A DNA stretch of 64,000 bases. It comes from Camelus ferus. Taxonomy: Eukaryota. Positions within the stretch are counted from its first letter, which is position 1; each line of letters starts with the position of its first letter. The position numbers and the translations under genes are program-made. Shown piece by piece: positions 63,831 through 64,000 of the stretch. The DNA lies in NCBI RefSeq assembly GCF_009834535.1, contig NC_045696.1, positions 62,250,001-62,314,000 of the forward strand, read 5' to 3'. Below the pieces are notes generated by a model, which worked only from the letters and a program-made list of their open reading frames with translations, did not search any database and was not told the origin of the DNA.

Positions 63831-64000
63831 CCCTTGGGATGAGGTGCAGGCTCACAACATCTCTGATGAGACTTGACTCAGATTTTAAGTCCAGGATGAT
63901 CTACCAAAGCAAAGAAAAATTTTTTAAATTCTCATTTTGATGTAGTCAATGCCCCAAGATAATAAAAAAGGAGGCACATGGGCAAGTGTACTGATTTAGT

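Overview
Mammalian genomic DNA, very probably from a camelid (camel, llama or alpaca). The evidence is five copies of a tRNA-Ala(AGC)-derived SINE of the Vic-1 type, with no Alu, Bov-tA, PRE-1 or B1 seen. The window looks intergenic or intronic: I recognise no cellular protein-coding exon, and the ORF track is explained by chance ORFs, microsatellites, low-complexity DNA and LINE remnants. Much of the window is old interspersed repeat: MIR, L2, L3/CR1, L1 3' ends, MaLR/ERVL solo LTRs and hAT-type MER elements. Family names are from recall of consensus sequences and boundaries are approximate. The most notable structures are (1) an orphan CpG island at ~32.0-32.55 kb with NRF1, GC-box and E-box motifs, (2) a degenerate ~21-bp minisatellite just upstream of it carrying ten TGACAG motifs, (3) a SINE that appears to have inserted with ~225 bp of extra 3' sequence inside one target-site duplication, nested in a 3'-truncated L1, (4) a compact ETS/IRF/NF-kB/AP-1 motif cluster at ~49.9 kb, and (5) two candidate plus-strand exons downstream of the island. 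I cannot support a new biological system from sequence alone; these are testable leads.
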